DNA from: Negaprion brevirostris
Taxonomy: Eukaryota
Length of the DNA stretch: 64,000 nucleotides
Assembly: GCA_030324005.1 (NCBI GenBank)
Contig: JARDVH010000099.1
Coordinates: 49,871,120 to 49,935,119, forward strand
Direction of reading: 5' to 3'
The notes beneath the pieces were generated by a model that ran no database searches, was not told the DNA's origin, and saw nothing but the letters and a program-made list of their open reading frames with translations. Positions 1 to 12,949 of the stretch are shown here, in pieces (the stretch's first letter is position 1; each line of letters begins with the position of its first letter). The position numbers were made by a program, and so were the translations under genes.

Positions 1-615
1 ATAGAAAACCAATAACCTGAGTTTGGCTCCTTTCCCTGAATCTTGTGTCAATGGAATGTTCAGTTCCCCCCAGTGTAAGGAAAATTAGCCCTCGTAAAGA
101 TGAAATTTGGTGTCATTGTACTTATAAAAGTATTATGTAGAATCACTTGTCACTGCATGTGTCCTTGAGTTTGGAAGTCCTCTTGTGTCTGAACCATATC
201 AGAAGTACTTGGCCTTCATCTTAATGCATGCTTGCACATTCTCCAGCTTCAAAGGTGATATTGGAGATGCACTCTGATACTTGGAGATTTTTCTTTTGAT
301 TTGCAGTGATTAGAAGAATCTTCACAATCCATTACCAAACATGTATGGTGGGGGTGGAAGAGAAAAATATATTGAATTATTCTTAGAACTGCCATAGGAA
401 GAAAATCTATTGCTGACTAAGTGCAGTACAAAGTAACAGCAGAACCGAATGAAAATGTTTCATTGATTTCTACAAGCAATGTTTGATACGCAATTATCAC
501 TCCATGAAATAGAAAAGTAAATGCATTTGTGTTTTTTTCCAACAAATGCTTGTCTCTTTTTGAGAGTAATGAACCTAATTGAATTGAAATAAATTACTCA
601 TGTAAATGACACTTG

Positions 616-900
616 GAACATAGAACAGTACAGCACAGCACAGGCCTTTCGGCCCTTGATGTTGTGCCAAGCTATGTCCAAACCCAATATCAAGTTATCC
701 CATTTCCTATCATTCTAGTGTGTTCCATGTACCTATCCAAAAAACGCTTAAGTTCCTAAAGTGTCTGATTCCACTATGCAGGCAGTGCATTCCATATCCC
801 AACCACTCTGAGTAAAGAAACTACCTCTGACATCCCTCTTATATCTCCCACCATTAACCTTTCTAGTTATGCCCCCTAGTAGCAGCCACATTCACTTGGT
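616..900 (-). mobile_element. CR1 LINE 3' end (5'-truncated)
   Basis: Starts with gaacatagaacagtacagcac...caggcctttcggccc, the reverse complement of a CR1 3' tail (tctatgttc repeats). Further in, ggcagtgcattcca reverse-translates to WNALP. Possible TSD cacttgg at 610-616 and 893-899. Confidence 0.8.
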
Positions 901-1704
901 GGGAATATTTTGAATATTCGATTCATTGAACCTTGTATTCAAATATCTTATGTAAATGATGTTAATTCATTACACAAGTCACCCCATAGTGTAGTCGCAT
1001 GCTGTATTGCCAGATTTGAGTTTTTGACAGTGGGATAATATATCAATTTGGAGCACCAATTCCAGAGACACAGGTCGGTGCACAGACACCAACTAGCAAT
1101 CTCCTTATTCCCCATAGGAAGCAAGGGAAATTTGGGCATATTAATCCATGAGCTGCTGTTCCATGCCATTTCAGAACTATATTAGTATCAGCTAATAACA
1201 GCTATCCTACTTGACCTTCTTTGTTGCCTATAGGGGGATGCTTGGGGTGAATGTGGGGTGGGCACATGGAGGAATTTTAAAAATCAAGGGTGACCATCAT
1301 CTAGCAAAGCCTCAGGATTATGAAAACCACTCTGTTCCTGCATGCATGCTTTCTTGGAAAATGAGTGAGCACGCGAATTGCAGATAGCCTCGCATTTCCA
1401 GTATTTAGAGTTGATATCTAACAATTTGACTTATGCCATGCCAATAATTGCCATGAAGTACCAAGTCAGCACCCCTCTTGCACTCTCATGGTGGTTGTGA
1501 AGCTACTTGCAAACATATGTATAACCAGGTTTGAGATTGTTGCATGCTGTGTGTACTGTTGGTGCAAAGTGATTCCAAGGAAGTCAGTCCAGGATACATG
1601 GTCAATACCCGGACTACTATTTAAAAAGTGCGTCATTGTAGTAACAGGCAGCACTTGATTTGTGCTAGTAAGCAAGTGGAAACATTGATGTGCATAGGAT
1701 CCTG

Positions 1705-1815
1705 AAGAATTGTACTGGGATTTTTCTCCTTTTGAGAAGAGAAAGTTGAGAAGATTTGATCGAGGTGTTTGAGAGGGCTGGACAGAATTGTATTAAACTG
1801 GAGTTGGACAAGGCT
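1705..1815 (+). mobile_element. Short, decayed CR1 ORF2 C-terminal fragment
   Basis: ctgggatttttctccttttgagaagagaaagttgagaagatttgatcgaggtgttt resembles the LGLFSLEKRRLRGDLIEVF motif. Confidence 0.55.
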
Positions 1816-2119
1816 ACTCTACAAAACACGCAAATGTGCATTTTGCCTTGTGTTTACAATCGAGTCATCTGAATGCAGCACCACAATTGGAGTATCCTGC
1901 AAATAAAGCACACAAATCCCCAAATAATTCCATACAAATATTAGAATGCAACTTTTCTGTTTGCCTTATACAACCTAGCATGTTTTCCACTTGTCGATGG
2001 TCTTCATTATTGTCTGAAATCTTCAACCTTTACTTTTCAGTCTTAATGGAATTGGACCTGAATTTTCACTTCTCAGTCAGGAACTCACTGCAAAAGCACC
2101 TTGGGAGAAAATGCCTCTA

Positions 2120-3210
2120 ATAGTCTGATTTTTATTGGGGGGGTGCGGGGTGGGAGGTGGGGGACACTTGTTAACGAGAATTGTGCATACTGCCATGGGA
2201 GTAATTCAGAGGCACCCACTGGGACTGCCAGGTTCAGGGGCGGCCTGCGTGAAAGGCCAGGATCCGCACTTCAGCATTTGTCACAGCTGTAAAAAAAAAT
2301 CACAGAATAGTTCCCCTCCCCAACACTCCCCATGCCATCTCACCTGCCCCATAGTCCCTTATACCATTCATATTAATCTATGCCCCTCTACCAAACCATC
2401 ATGACCTCTTGTATCCCAGTGCCCTTCCATGCTCCTCTGTGGCCTCTATGCTAACTTGGTGCAACTCATGCAATCCATGCCACAGCACCCTTTGCCTTTT
2501 ATACCCTCAAGACAACTTGCCCATTATTCACAATTGGCAGACCTCAAAACCCATGCGGAGATGAAACAAATTTAATTTCTATTAAATATTTATTGATGAC
2601 TCCACTATCTTAAAAAAAACTCACTAATTGATAAGCCATTCATAACATTTAAATTAATTGAACTATTAAATCTCTTAAAACAAGCATTTGTATTCATACC
2701 CTGTATAACCACTTTGAACTGACAAACATCTCACTGTGATAGATTGTGGAATCAGTCATGTAGAATAAATCCTATAATGAGACCTCAGGCTTATGCCAAC
2801 AGAGTGAAAGGCTGTATGTGTTTTTAAAATGACAGACATCTTTTACATTTAAAAGGCAGGATATTGAAATACCTTGATAGTTCCCAGGGAATTTAAATGC
2901 CTTGCCAGTTTGATAGGTCCATTGTGTTTACTTTTTATGCATGTTCATTTCTACGTTTAACAATTCCAAAGAATGCCTGATAGCTCTCAAAGATGTCTCT
3001 GCACCCCTCCAAAAGGATATCCTGCTCCCCAAAGAACTCTAATACGTTTAAATCTTCTCTTGAAACATGAAATGCCACAAATCATGATTTGGACAACCAG
3101 TAATGAAAATTGGATCTGTTTGGCACCTGCACTTTTACACATGTCTCCATGAACCACAGATGTGCAAACCACAACCTGCTCCTGTTCCACCACGGTGAAA
3201 ATCGCAGGTG
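2120..3210. mobile_element. Old non-autonomous DNA-transposon-like repeat
   Basis: Degenerate TIR-like ends (gtctgattttta / gtgaaaatcgcagg). The internal C-rich ccatgcc-type tract is the reverse complement of the G-rich ggcatgg tracts at ~16000 and ~17300. Confidence 0.35.
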
Positions 3211-3309
3211 GAGTTCTGGCACCATTTTGGCTAAGCTGGAGATCCTTTCTGTCGTTGCAAAATATTTGACTCTTGGAGTTCAGCAAGTAAATTGCAGAGG
3301 TGCTGGCCA

Positions 3310-4610
3310 TAATCTTCAAATCCTAGTAGATTAGGAAATTGCAAATGCTACACCCTGGTTCACAGAAGGTACAACCATAAAGTAGACAGCTACAGCCAGT
3401 TAGTTTAACCTCCAGTGGGAAAGTTTATACAAAAAGTAATCTCAGCAAAAAGAACAGTCACTTGGACAAGGGTGGATTAAGGAAACACAGAATGGATTTG
3501 TTAAAGGCTACTCATGCTTAACTAACTTGACTGATTTTTTTTTTTACATATACAACAGGGAATTGAAGATTTTGCTTCTGATGCAATGTATATGGACTTG
3601 AAATAGGTGTTTGCCATGAAGTGTCACATCCTTGCCAGCAAAGTCAAAGCCCATAGAATAAAAAAGGACAGTGATGGCATGAATATAAAATCGGTTAAAG
3701 CACAGTGACATACAGTTATTTTTTGGAACTGGAGGAATGTATGCAATGGTGAGGGAAGTACAAAATTGCTGCTTTTCTGATCTATTTTAACGACCTAATT
3801 GTGGGTGTGAGGATGACACTAGACTTGGAAGTATTGTAAACTGAGGGGACAGTGATATACTTCAGGAGAACGTAGGATAGTGGAATGGGTGGACTCTTGG
3901 CAGGTGATATATAATGCAAAGAAGTGTGAAATGATAATTTTGGTAGGGAGAATGAGGAAAGGCAACATAAATGAAAGGATAGAATTCTCAAGGGGATAAA
4001 GGAACAGAGACATCTGGTTGCAAACCCACAAATCATTGAAAGTGACAAAGTGGGTTGAGAAAGTGGTTAACAACAGGATATGGGATCCTTGGCTTTGTAA
4101 ATAGGGTTTGGAGTTCAAAACCAGGGAACTCTGAGGGGTTTTGATAAAACATTGGTTTGGCAACAAGTGGAATATTATGTCCAACTCTGGACAACAGGTT
4201 TTAGAAAGGTTTTTATGAAAATATTTCCAGCAATTAGGAACTGTTACGTGGATAGATTGGAGAGCCTGGGGTTATTCTCCTTTGAGAGGAGGTTTGATAA
4301 GAGGTGTTCGTGATGTCAATGGGAACAATTTCCCTCCTAAAGACGAGTCAAGAATGAGAGGATGGAGATCTGAAGTGATTATTGAAATAACCCATTTTTA
4401 TACAGCAAATGATTGCAATCTGGAATGCACTGCCTGAGATTTTGATGGAGTCTGATTCAGTCATGCTCTTTGGAAGCGATTTGAATAAACACATGATGAG
4501 ACAATTTGTAGGGTTACAAGGAAAGGACAGGGGAGTGGCGTAGCTAAATTGCTCTTGCAGACAGTCAGCAGATACTAGACAGACCAATGGCAGTAAATAT
4601 TCCATGAATC
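3310..4610 (+). mobile_element. CR1 LINE, 5'-truncated, decayed RT plus 3' end
   Basis: Frameshifted CR1 ORF2 motifs: xxFLIYFNDL (~3770-3797), EYYVQLW (~4170), LGLFSFE (~4265), WNALPE (~4420), then a CR1 3' UTR. Confidence 0.85.
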
Positions 4611-6889
4611 AAACTTTGGCGGTAGGTTGTTCGATTTTAAATAATCAATAGGATTCCCTTCATGACCTCACTGTTTGGAGAAGTGGAAGTCTTATGATCC
4701 AGGTCTTCCAGTTACCAGCCTACTACTGACTTATTTTGTTTGTTCAGTTAGCATTTATGCTGGAACCTTTGCAGTTTCTGATGCTGGCATCGGCAAGGTT
4801 ATAGTGAGAAACAAAACTGGGAGACCAGTGAAGGAAACCCCCTTTTTTTTATCATGAATTAAAGATATGCCCCATTAAGAATTGTCTTCAGTTCTTCGAC
4901 TTGCAAAGTTTTAAATGGATTTGTCACTCCTAATACTGCACAGCCTCTCTCACCAATAATGATAACCCATCACAACGCTTTCCCCCCCCCCCCCATCCCT
5001 CACAATGCTTATCCTCATCTCCGATAGTGTTCACCCTCCCTCACCCTTCCACTCCCTGATGATGACTCTTCTGACATCGACTGTTTAGGAGCCAGGGATA
5101 CCGAATATTGGCTTGACATGCTAGCTGGTTTATTTAGTTACACCTGCTCCAAAAAGCTCAAGTAAATCTTTGTAAAAAGCAATGAAAGTCTAGGGCAAAC
5201 AGCCCAAGCCACCATTGTTCTGGCCATCTCATCCACTGTCATAGTCTGTCAATTCAGACAGGATAAAACTGACAACTTGATGTTTATACACCCTGCAGAT
5301 GTGTGCTTCAGGACTCCCTCAGGGTTCGCAGGCACATCAGCAACTTTGGTTGAGTCATTTGCTGCTCCACATCCTGGAAGACTCAGGCCATCATGCTAAA
5401 CCAGCTTCCTTCTGAGTTACTGTAGAATTTGAATTTATACAAGGAAGTTTATAGCTACTGTCCTTTAAGAGGTGTTCCACTATGTAATATAGCTGTAAAA
5501 ATGCTCATTCACCAATTTAGAGAAAACACAAGTTAAAACTATACTGGCAGCCTCGTGGCTACAGTCAGCACCCAAGATGATGCTGAGTACAGAATCTGAG
5601 CTGACCACCCCCACTACAAAGACTGCTTCTTGATTGATTCTCTGCATCATATGACCCCATTCTCTGCAAGCTAGTCATTTCAAGAACAGAACCGGCTGTA
5701 AAATGCCCAATTCTTTCAATTGCTTCAATTCACTATCCACTTTCTCTTGTAAAACATAGTACTGAGGTGTGATCATGTAGATCTTCACTTGTAGGCCTTT
5801 TCACTTTGCCTAATTCATCCTTGAAGACACTCATTTTTTTTCATCAATTCGAGCAGTCCCCCTCATATTTGGAAAATCTCCAGACCAATTTAACGTGATT
5901 TCCTTAAGCCAATCACAGTCGAGAATTCTTGGTTCATCACCTGTCACTATGATCACTGGGAAGTGGGCAGATTGTTGCCATGGCTTACAGGTACCATTGC
6001 AGTGCTTACTATTTTTATCGCTTCTCCAGCATAATTTGTTAACTTGGCTGCGGTACTCTTCAAATCCAATGGCTGGACTTCTCTCAAGTATATGTATGCT
6101 CACCTATCACAGTAACTGATGCCTCTGTTTTAACTTGCATCTTAAGCGATTATCCATTTATTGAGAACATTACAGTAATAGAGGCTATCTTACCCAATTT
6201 TATACTGAACAGTGAGTGAATATTTAAATAGATGGTGTCTATTTAATCAGCCATTCAGTAGACTTGACTTGGCTCTACATCTATGCTGTAAGTGGCCTCT
6301 CCTATGACAAAAAACACTCAGCTTCCTTATACCTGCAGGATTTGGGGCAGTGGTTACCTCTGTATTGGCAACATTCTGCTTCAAACTTTTCTGGTTGCCT
6401 GTTCTAAATCATCTTGTTGTATTTGTGGCTGAATTCATTTCCTGCCTCATGGCTATTACTTTGGTTCTGGCACAACTGCTGATTGAATGTTCCCACCCTA
6501 ATTGGTGAACAGTGCCATTTTGTGCACTCTTCCTCTTGTGCGCCCTTTTCAGCACTTTCCATGGTCTGTACTATCTCCATTGCTCATTTAAAATTTATAT
6601 CAACCACCAAGTAATCTCCATTGAATCGCCTCATTATTCACCCCACAGACAAATCTGTCCCATAACACATTCAACACAGCTTCAAGATCACAATACTCCG
6701 ATATCTATTTCAATTTAATGATATAAGTCGCAATTGTTTCACCTGGGACTCTCCCCTTGAATTAAACTTGAATCGCTGGAGTATAACTGGTTTAGGTTGG
6801 AAATATGATTTTGCCAATTCACAATCTATTCATTCAAACTCCTACAACGTTTACTTTTTTTAAAAGAGTTTTCCAATTGAAATCATTGT

Positions 6890-7160
6890 GGGCAGCACAG
6901 TGGCTAGCATTGCTGTAAAAGGAACCCTGGCTTGGGTCACTGTGGAGTCTGCACATTCTCCCTGTGTCTGTGTTGGTTTCCTCTGGGTGCTTCAGTTTCC
7001 TCCCACAGTCTGAAAGACATGGTTAAGTGCATTGGCCATGCTAAATTCTCTCTCAATGTATCCAAACAGGTGCCAAAGTGTGACGACGAGGGAGATTTTC
7101 ACAGTAACTTCATTGCAGTGTTAATGTGAGCCTACTTGTAATACTAATAAATAAACTTTG
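6890..7160 (+). mobile_element. HE1-like tRNA/V-SINE with tail type B
   Basis: Head ggcagcacagtggctagc. V-domain tgtggagtctgcacattctccctgtgtctg...tttcctcccacagtc. Tail cacagtaacttcattgcagtgttaatgt...aataaataaacttt. Confidence 0.9.
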
Positions 7161-7328
7161 ATTTTCTATTTTACAGCTATTATTGCTGTCAATCTTTCAA
7201 CACAGAAGGGGATAAACAAAAGCTGCCAATCTAACTGATTCAGTGCGCTCTCAATAAAATTTGTCTGTTCTTGTTTATAATGCAGGGTACATTCCAGTGC
7301 ACGTTACACAGGTGGATAGTGGTTTGAA

Positions 7329-7386
7329 TAAGCATTCCCACCCACTAGCACCATTTAAGCATTCCCACCCACTAGCAAACATTTAA
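7329..7386. repeat. Tandem duplication, ~27-bp unit x2
   Basis: taagcattcccacccactagca is repeated at 7329 and 7356. Confidence 0.9.
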
Positions 7387-7549
7387 TATTCTGACACTTG
7401 GATCCATACTGTGAAGCTCGCCAAGAGGTGAGGGTGCTCGGGGTTGAGAAATGACTGCTCATCCATAAATCCAAGCCAACATTATACAATTAAAATAGAG
7501 AAAGGAGAAATACCGGAATCAAGGTTTCAAGGATTGGACATCAACCCGT

Positions 7550-7682
7550 TGGCTGAAATTTTCTTTTCCAACCCCTGGCATTGGCAGGATTTTACCAGTC
7601 CTGCCAATGAAAATTGAGACTTAAATGGCCTCCATGCCATTTCCATCCCTTGGTACTGGAAAATTGCCATGGCAATTTTCGC
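7550..7682. repeat. MITE-like relic with two hairpins
   Basis: Start ggctgaaattttc resembles the local MITE TIR. 11-bp stem cattggcagga/tcctgccaatg. Perfect 22-bp palindrome gaaaattgccatggcaattttc at 7659-7680. Confidence 0.55.
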
Positions 7683-8682
7683 ATTATATGATGAGACCCA
7701 TGCTTGTTTTCAGTAGAGTTTTAGCTATTAGCCAAATGCCAGAGACAATGAGCTGGTAAGTTCTGTGCTCTCACCCACTTCCAGCCGAAAATGGGGATGA
7801 AAATCAGGGTTGGACTCTTATTGTAGAGCAGGAAAGTAGTAGTTAAACTTCAGTTTTATAAAGTTACCTAAATTGTTAGATGAAAATTACAACCTTGAAA
7901 TTGCACTAAAATGTTTAAATGTGTGGATTTTATGTGTACATATGTAAAGTATTTTACATAAAATAACTGGGGTAATTGAATTTAATATTTTATGTTGGTA
8001 CTGGCATTTTTAGGGATATTTAGTCTATTACCTGCTTCCGTTGAAAAATCACGTTTGTGATCTCACTGCAAGCTTACCAAGTGATAATCAATATTTAGCA
8101 GGATGATGTAGCAGTTTGCATATACAGTATGACCACTCTTTCACCACAAACTAGTAACTCCATTCTGAAAGTGCTTCCTTTGCATTTCTATGAATAAGTA
8201 TAATACATAAATCAAATATTTGCAACGGTTTGGATTGTAGCATTTACTAGATTCTACCATCTCTCATTTGATCTGCTCGGATGTCAAGATGAAATGAAAT
8301 TTCATTCATCTCCTGATGGCTGATCCACAAAGTCATGATGATATCCAAGTCCGTAACCTACCTGTTCTAAGAAGGAGAAAGCAAGCGTGCCTTTAAAATT
8401 TTCAAAGGTTTTTCAGTATTACATGTTCAGAAAGCATGGGAATGTATTTCATGGGAACTCCTTTCATAAAAATGTTTTGCTTAAAAGTACCCCTCACCTA
8501 AATTAACTTCTGTTTATTGTAAACTCTTGAGGTTTGAGCCCATGACTGTTTAACCAGTCATAATGTTTTTGTTCTTGTTTATCTTGACGCATTTTACAAG
8601 TGGCAATATTCCTTTGTCTGTAATTCTAATATTTTATTTTTTCCTTTCAACTTATCTTTGCGATGTGCTGCTCACTTAATAT

Positions 8683-8800
8683 CATCCCAGTTCTGAAGAT
8701 CAATTTTTGTTCTTTTCACAGAAATTGCCTGAACATGAACATCTCTAGCATTTTCTGTTTCAGATTTCCAGCTTCTGCAGCATTTTATTGCTTTTTGTTT
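8683..8800 (+). mobile_element. Penelope-type terminal-repeat fragment
   Basis: cagttctgaaga...agcattttctgtttcagatttccagcttctgcagcatttt; same family as 25877-26011. Confidence 0.55.
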
Positions 8801-8925
8801 GCATGATTTCTAGATTTTACTCCTGTTTTACAGTTCTAAAAACCTTCAAAGCTAGAATGTCACAAGAGCAAAGGAATACCTTATTCTTACCAAAATCGAT
8901 CAGTTTTTAAAACATTAAACACAAT

Positions 8926-9053
8926 GGCTGGAATATTACCACGTTCATGTCTGCAGGATTTCCCCATCCCACTGCAGTGAATGGAGATTTGGCTGGTCTG
9001 TAACCTCACTGCAGCGGGAGAGCGTGGTGTGAACGCCCAGTAAGATCGTGCCC
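8926..9053. mobile_element. MITE (PIF/Harbinger-like TIRs)
   Basis: Imperfect TIRs ggctggaatattacc / agtaagatcgtgccc; aat flanks both sides. Confidence 0.6.
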
Positions 9054-11814
9054 AATAGTCAGAATTCTGAATTCTTTTTGGAAAATATAATCCTGAGATG
9101 GTTAGAAAGACTAGAGTTTTCTCCATTTTTGTGCTCAGTTATACCTGTAATCTGGGTGTAAACCTTTCCTGTGTGTGAATTATATCTTAACTATAACACA
9201 GCCAAGTCTCCTATGTCTATCTGTCAGCCTATTATCCCAATAGGTTGCCATCCCCAACCCTTAAATATGAGTATTGCCCAAATGCACATGTTTTGGGTTG
9301 AGTGAAATCTCTCAGTAGACACATGGGAAGCAATTTTTCTGCTTCTAATTTTTGCAAATGCAATAAACATCTTTCCTTTTGAAAATATTGAGCAGAACCC
9401 AAAATGCCCTATTTTCTGCTTGTTTTAAAAACTATATATTTTTATGGTGTAAGAATGTCACATAAAATTAAAGCTTCCCTGATTGCATGTTCTTATGCAT
9501 ACTGTGACCTGAATGAACAATGTTTTACATGAGTTAAAATCTAAATTTTTAAGATGTCTTTAGTCTAGTTTGATATAAATTCTTACAGATTTTATGCCTA
9601 TTTCCATTTGGGGATATTCTAATGAGACTGGGAAGATTCTTGAATGCAACATTGGGTGCATTTTTGGGTTTAACTTCCAGATTGCATCTAAGGAGAAAAT
9701 TAGGTATCACAGTCACTAAACCTTCAGATTCAGCAACATTGAATGCATTGACAGTTGATGCTGGCATGAACAACTGCTGCCAGCAGAAAATAGAATAAAG
9801 TTCCACTTAAAATTAAAACTGTGTATATTTTAAAAAGTGATTACAGGGCTGTAATCTAATCTAGGGATTCAGATGCCTGTTATAAACTACTCAGGTTTTG
9901 TTCTCGCAGTTTATGATGCCATGTCAAGCCTTCGATCAAATTACTGCTTTGTAATCATTGCCAGGTATCCATTATTATCCATAAAAAGAAGTGACTCTTA
10001 TAGAGTTGTCTGGTTTGTGTAATTTATTCATGCAATATTCTTCAATTTTAAAAAGATGTTAGAAAGGATTTTTGTTTTGAAACAAGGGAAGAGCAAGAAA
10101 AGCTAGGTTTTGGATATTGCCATTGTTGGCAGGCACAGAAGGACTCAATGGAAATACAGTTTACACTTAATTTTCCATGGTCAGCATAGTACAGGCATGG
10201 ATGCAGCTTGTATACTAATGATTGAAGTAAGGAATTATGTAAGTAAAATTTAAAGGATTATGTCCATGAAAGGACAGGAAGAAAAGTTCTTAAAAACTTT
10301 TGAGAAGCTTGTAAAAGGCATTAAAATCCTTCAACAGCCTTTATCAAGACAGGAGACTAAGAAGAATAAGCAAATGTGAAAGAAAATACAACCTGAGCAC
10401 CTGACCCTTTAGTGTCCGCTTTTAAAGTGTTTCAGTAAATGATTGCAAGAAGGGCTGCCCACTGTGTTACTCCATGGCATTGTTTCCATTTCAACACGCC
10501 TACTTATATTTAGCCCTGTGCTAATGGAAAGCATAGGTGTCCAAGTAGTGGATGATACAATCCTGCAGCTGCCCTTCTTCCAACCCATAAGTTGCCAGGT
10601 AGGTATATTGAGATCTACAGAAAGGTGGGCATCGTGGTGGATGTGGCAAGTCGGGCTTTATAGGCTCCTGGCATACCTCCTTCTATGCAGTGCTGCTGAA
10701 AGTATGACATGCTATGATTCAGGTGTGTTCAACGTTGCAATTTGTGCACTTATCACATAGCTCAATGTTATCACTATTCCTGCTGCCCGGTTTCTTTTGG
10801 AAAGAGGAACCTCCACCTGGACTTAACATCTACCAAAGTGAGATATTTTCACTATATCTACAGGCACAAGTACCCTGGAGCATGCACAGATCTCCTCTCT
10901 TTGCAGATTTTCCTCTTCCAAATGCATCAGATAGGAATTCCCATTGCCAGTAATGATGCTGATGAGAGGAGTTTAGTTATAATGCCTAAAATGAATGGGA
11001 CCATTAATAGTTCCATGATTTCCAGTATATTTAATGCTGCAAAGCAAACCCAGATTGCATTTTAGATGCATGTTCTTTGCACCTGGCAACCTGCAACATC
11101 AGAATGGAGGTAAATGCTGTGCATCCACAAAATCCAAGGTAGTAATTGGCCGGTTTAATATTTCCACTGGCTGGTGTACTGCCTGTCAGAAATTGTGCGA
11201 CTACAAGATTGACATGTTTGAGAGACTGGGACTGTAACCCACCCAATTTCTACTGCAACAATTGCACTTGCAAGTTCAGTCTGTAAATTCTATTTATTCA
11301 AACTCTTCCCTCCCATGCAATATCAGCCTATTGTAATTTGAACAACTGAAAAATATTTTGTTTCCACTAAGCTACAAGGTAGGTAGTTCCAAAGATTTAC
11401 TTCTATGAACTAGTTCCTCTTGATATATATTTATAAAAATTTAAATTTATTTAAGAGGAAAATGAAGTTCAGTGTTTAACTCCCACTTCCTTATTCTATC
11501 TGAAAGAAGTAAGTAACAAATGTATCTTATCAGCCATATGATCATTTTGGATCTTTAACTCTGTGCATCAGTCATTTTAGAACTTTGTCACGTATGTGTC
11601 TTAGAGCTGTTTCATTCACTGCGATGGTAATAATCATGCATATTGTATTCCACCACACAAAGGTGGGCAGTTACATTTGATTCCAACACCTATTCAATGT
11701 GCTGCTCACCACTCACACCCCTTCCCACCCCTTACCCAACCACACTAAAGGCAATATAGAGAGCCAGTCTGGAGCTCGGCACTTGCGTGTAAAAGGTGAG
11801 GCTAAAACCTTCTT

Positions 11815-12145
11815 ACCTACAGCCAGAAGTACCAAGTGGCTGATGCACCTTGGCTTCTTCATTAGGTCCCCACCATCACAGGAGTAAATCTCCAGCCATG
11901 CAGCAACACCACATGTAAGTTCCCTTCTCAAGACACTCGCCCTCCTGACTTGGAAATGTTGCTGTTCCTTCACTGGGTCAAAATCCTAGAACTTGCTCCC
12001 CAATAGCACTGTGGGTATACCTACACCACAGGGACTGCAGTGGTTCAAGAAGACAGCTTACCACAACCTTCTGAAGGGTGATTAGGGATGGCCAGTAGAT
12101 GATGAACTAGCCAGCAGTGCCTCACCACATATTTTTTAAAAAAAG
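11815..12145 (+). mobile_element. 3' end of the tRNA-headed CR1-group LINE family
   Basis: ctgacttggaa...tgggtcaaaatcctagaac...cagtggttcaagaag...tagggatggcc...ccagcagtgcc followed by an A-run; homologous to 14100-14355. Confidence 0.75.
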
Positions 12146-12240
12146 CACTTTACTCATTGCTCAATGTAGGTTCTTCCAAGACCACGTGACTTCAGGACTT
12201 ATTAGAGCCTTGGTGCAGATACAGAATTAGACAACCGAAA

Positions 12241-12910
12241 TATAGAATGGTTACAGCACAGAAGGAGGCCTTTTGGCTATTGTGTCTGTGCTGGCCTTCT
12301 GAAAGAGTAAAAGATCTAAAGCTGCTTCCCTGCTTTTTCCTTGTAGCCCTAAAGTTTTTTTCCCCCCCTTTTCTGATAAATTCCCTTTTGAAAGAATTAT
12401 CCCAATTTCTCCAATCAATCCACATAAATGAAATTCTTCATCCCTGCAACCATTCTGTAGAATTTTTTTCTACATCCTCTCTGATGCCTTTACATCATTT
12501 CCACAGTGTGATGCTCAACTTGATGCAGCACTCCACTTGGACCCAACCAGTGTTTTTATACAAGTTTATCATGACTTACTTGCCTTTGTACTCTATGCCT
12601 CTTAATAAAGGCCAGGATGATCTATATCTTTAACTGCTCTCTCAACTTATCTTGCCACCTTCAATATATACACGTATTTATAGGTTCCTCTACCCCTGAA
12701 CCTCCTTTAGAATTGTACCCTTTATTTTATATTGTCTCTGTTCCTTTTATCAAGATGAATCACTTCAGACTTTCTGCATTAAGTTTCATCTTCCAAATGT
12801 GCACCCATTTCACCAATCTGATTATGTCCTTTTTAAAGTTCGATACAATCCTCATCATGATTCGCCACACTTCCAAATTTTGTATCATCTGCATGTTTTG
12901 AAATTGTGCT
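12241..12910 (-). mobile_element. CR1 LINE 3' portion
   Basis: Starts with the reverse-complemented tail atagaatggttacagcacagaaggaggcc. tttgtatcatctgca near 12885 reverse-translates to ADDTK, the RT catalytic region. Confidence 0.85.
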
Positions 12911-12949
12911 ATTTATGTCAGGAGCTATGTCACAATATCAGGAAGAACA